Source of the DNA: Mytilus californianus | Lineage: Eukaryota | Assembly: GCF_021869535.1 (NCBI RefSeq) | Contig: NW_026262690.1 | Location: 112,220,001 to 112,284,000, forward strand | DNA: 64,000 nucleotides | Reading direction: 5' to 3' | In this document: piece by piece, positions 61,601-64,000 of the stretch | How positions within the stretch are numbered: position 1 is the first letter of the stretch | Layout of the letters: the number at the start of each line of letters is the position of its first letter | Made by a program: the position numbers and the translations under genes | The notes under the pieces: generated by a model | Told to the model about the DNA's origin: nothing | Seen by the model: the letters and a program-made list of their open reading frames with translations, nothing else | Databases searched by the model: none

Positions 61601-62469
61601 TAAAACGTAAGGTTTATCTCTTGCAATGCAACACGAGGTAAATATAACTTTTATACACTTGCATACAGAGACTTCGGTGGAAACATCGTGATCCAATGTG
61701 CCATATAAATGTTATGAGACCACGAATGACTTTTATTTGAAAATGGAGAGATTAGAAGAACAAGGCTTCCATTTGTATTACAGGGGTAGTCAGTTAATAA
61801 GTTAAACAGATGTGAAGAAACCATAAAAAGGAAAGTTTACGACTGATGCATGCTCTATATGCTTGAAAATTGATCTATCACAAAGCGATTTATTAATCGG
61901 ATTATTACTTACTTGGGCAACATGAATCCAGTCATTCCGTTTGTTGATTAGTCGAGTGTTTGGTTTTGTAAGTGTTATTGACTTCCCACTTTTTGAATTA
62001 CGTTTGGTAGTTTTGTTATTACATTTTTAAAGAGTGTGGATTCGCATGACAGGTGCTGCATGCATAGCAAAAGACATTTTTTTTTTAAGTTCATGCAATT
62101 TCCTTGTTCATTGCTTTGATTTGTATATTTTTAATCGATTTATGAGATTTGAAAATCGGTAAACTACTGTTGCTTAATTTAAAAAAAAGAAACTTGCAGC
62201 TCAAAGTCTTTGTCTGTTATTTCAATGTTTTTTGCATGACTTGCATTTTATCCCATTGCCCAACAAGTCCCTGAAAGTGGGTCCGTCGGACGTCAGAGCA
62301 ATAGTTCACTACTATATATGATATCCTTATTTGAATAAAATAGTGCCCTTTTCATGGCTTCAGTTGTTGGGTTGGTGTTTAATTGCCATGTAGTCCTCTT
62401 TTCCCCACCAAAAGAGTTGATTCGGATAAAACAATTTGGTCATCCCTGGACTTCCCAGGTATAGATGTA

Positions 62470-62856
62470 AACCTTTTGCAAAGTACGATTCTATATTAAA
62501 ACGTGCGGGATGTATAAATACGCAGTCACGTCCGATCGGACCGGGGCCGTTAAATTAAAATAATGCCCCGTGTGTGACATTCTAGGGTGAGTACCGCGCT
62601 CTCTACACGTAAATAACCCTTGCATAAACTCTCTGGGGGTCTGTAGTTTGTCTGTGGCAAGATGAATTTCCGCCCCTATCCATTATTCCCTTATTGGTCA
62701 GTGGTAAAGTGCATAGTCCCTGTTCTACATCCTGGTCGACATACATGTGTACCTTGCAGAACGGTCCTTTTGAATTCATTATCAAATTGCCCTCTTCTTT
62801 GTTATGCCTCAAATATTTGCCACTGGACGTTAAGCAAGTTATAATCAATCAATCAC
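62470..62856 (+). mobile_element. Family G SINE-like copy
   Basis: gggatgtataaatacgcagtcacgtccg ... aaatatttgccactggacgttaagcaa..aatcaatcaatc. Confidence 0.65.
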
Positions 62857-64000
62857 TCTACTTCTTCCGTTATATATTTCTATGCAAACCACGACTTACA
62901 CAATAAAATGGATTCATCGATATATAACATCGCATTTTGAAATTGTACTTACTTATTATATATGAGTATGTTGGATAGAAATCAACCTTATGCAAATAAA
63001 TATCAATACATTTGTAACGGTTAACTTATTTCGGGTTGAAAAAATCTCTAACTGTCTGTAACTGTTTGAAAAATTAGTTAATATAAGAAAGAACCCTACA
63101 AAACAAACCAACAGTCATCTTTTATTTCGTATTTGAATGTTCCAAAGTCAATTAATGTCTATACATGTACATGTATACGTGCACTTACATAAGGTCGATT
63201 TCTATCCGACGCAGCTCATATATTATTATGCAGCAATCACAATAAGATCTGGTTTTTACGCAAAATAAGGACTATGCGTTTTGTTAAGAGTTATTTTTAC
63301 GTTCTAAACAATATAAAACACATGCGTTTCCAGATGTATTTCACACATCTAATTTCAATGTTATCAGTGACTCTAATCAATTGTTTGAACTGTTTTATTT
63401 TATTTACATACTATTTTAGATAATACAACCTGATTTCAGAGAAGAACAGGTACTTTTATATATAATTAGTCTTTTCTATTCTTTCTGCGCTCTTTCTTAA
63501 CCTATTTTATAAGAAACCAGTAAGAGACCTCATCGAATTTTTAATAACTTAATTATAGGGTTGTTCAATTCGGTCTTTCCACCTTTCCGCGGAAATAGAT
63601 ACCTTTTGCTATTTTCAGATTATTATTATTTTTATCTTCTGCATATTGTTTTTCGTGCACTGCATTGTGATTTGGCAAGATGTCGATTAGGTATTTGGCA
63701 TATTTTTTTTTTTATTTGTGTTTATTTTTAATGTCTTCGAATTGCGTTTTCTTTCTGATCAGTTCTCTATTCTAGACTAACTCTAGCATTTAAATGTAGA
63801 TCATCTATAGACAAAACGTTCATGTTGGCAACAGATCGTGTACTAATAGATATAAGAAGATGTGGTATGAGTGCCAATGAGACAACTCTAAGTCTGCATT
63901 ACATTATTTGCATATATTTGTAATCCTTAACCATCATGTATAACAGTCTTAACAAATTACGCAATTATTTTTAATGAAATAGTTTAAAAGTTGGACATTT

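Overview
This is AT-rich, repeat-dense eukaryotic genomic DNA, not prokaryotic. The interspersed repeat families suggest a bivalve, probably Mytilus (pattern recall, not a database search). Almost the whole window is one intron-rich gene on the minus strand, a SMOC / Pentagone(Magu)-type secreted protein. Its order is signal peptide - Kazal/follistatin - thyroglobulin type-1 (TY) - EF-hand EC - linker - TY - EC - C-terminal RRRGPNPF tail. I reconstructed it by hand from 14 coding exons (58757 down to stop at 4225) with GT-AG junctions and consistent phases: 555 aa with all three small linker exons, 509 aa without them. Nearly all entries in the supplied ORF track are spurious or repeat-derived. 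The introns hold MITEs, SINE fragments, a Penelope-like RT remnant, a Helentron-type element with internal satellite, hammerhead-ribozyme repeats and several minisatellites. Most notable: (1) a second signal-peptide exon that would give a Kazal-less isoform; (2) a 2.3-kb minisatellite grown out of the 3' end and splice donor of the TY1 exon; (3) a near-intact minimal hammerhead ribozyme in sense orientation inside an intron; (4) inverted repeats flanking the polybasic exon; (5) frame-preserving micro-exons. No rRNA, tRNA gene or CRISPR array was found.
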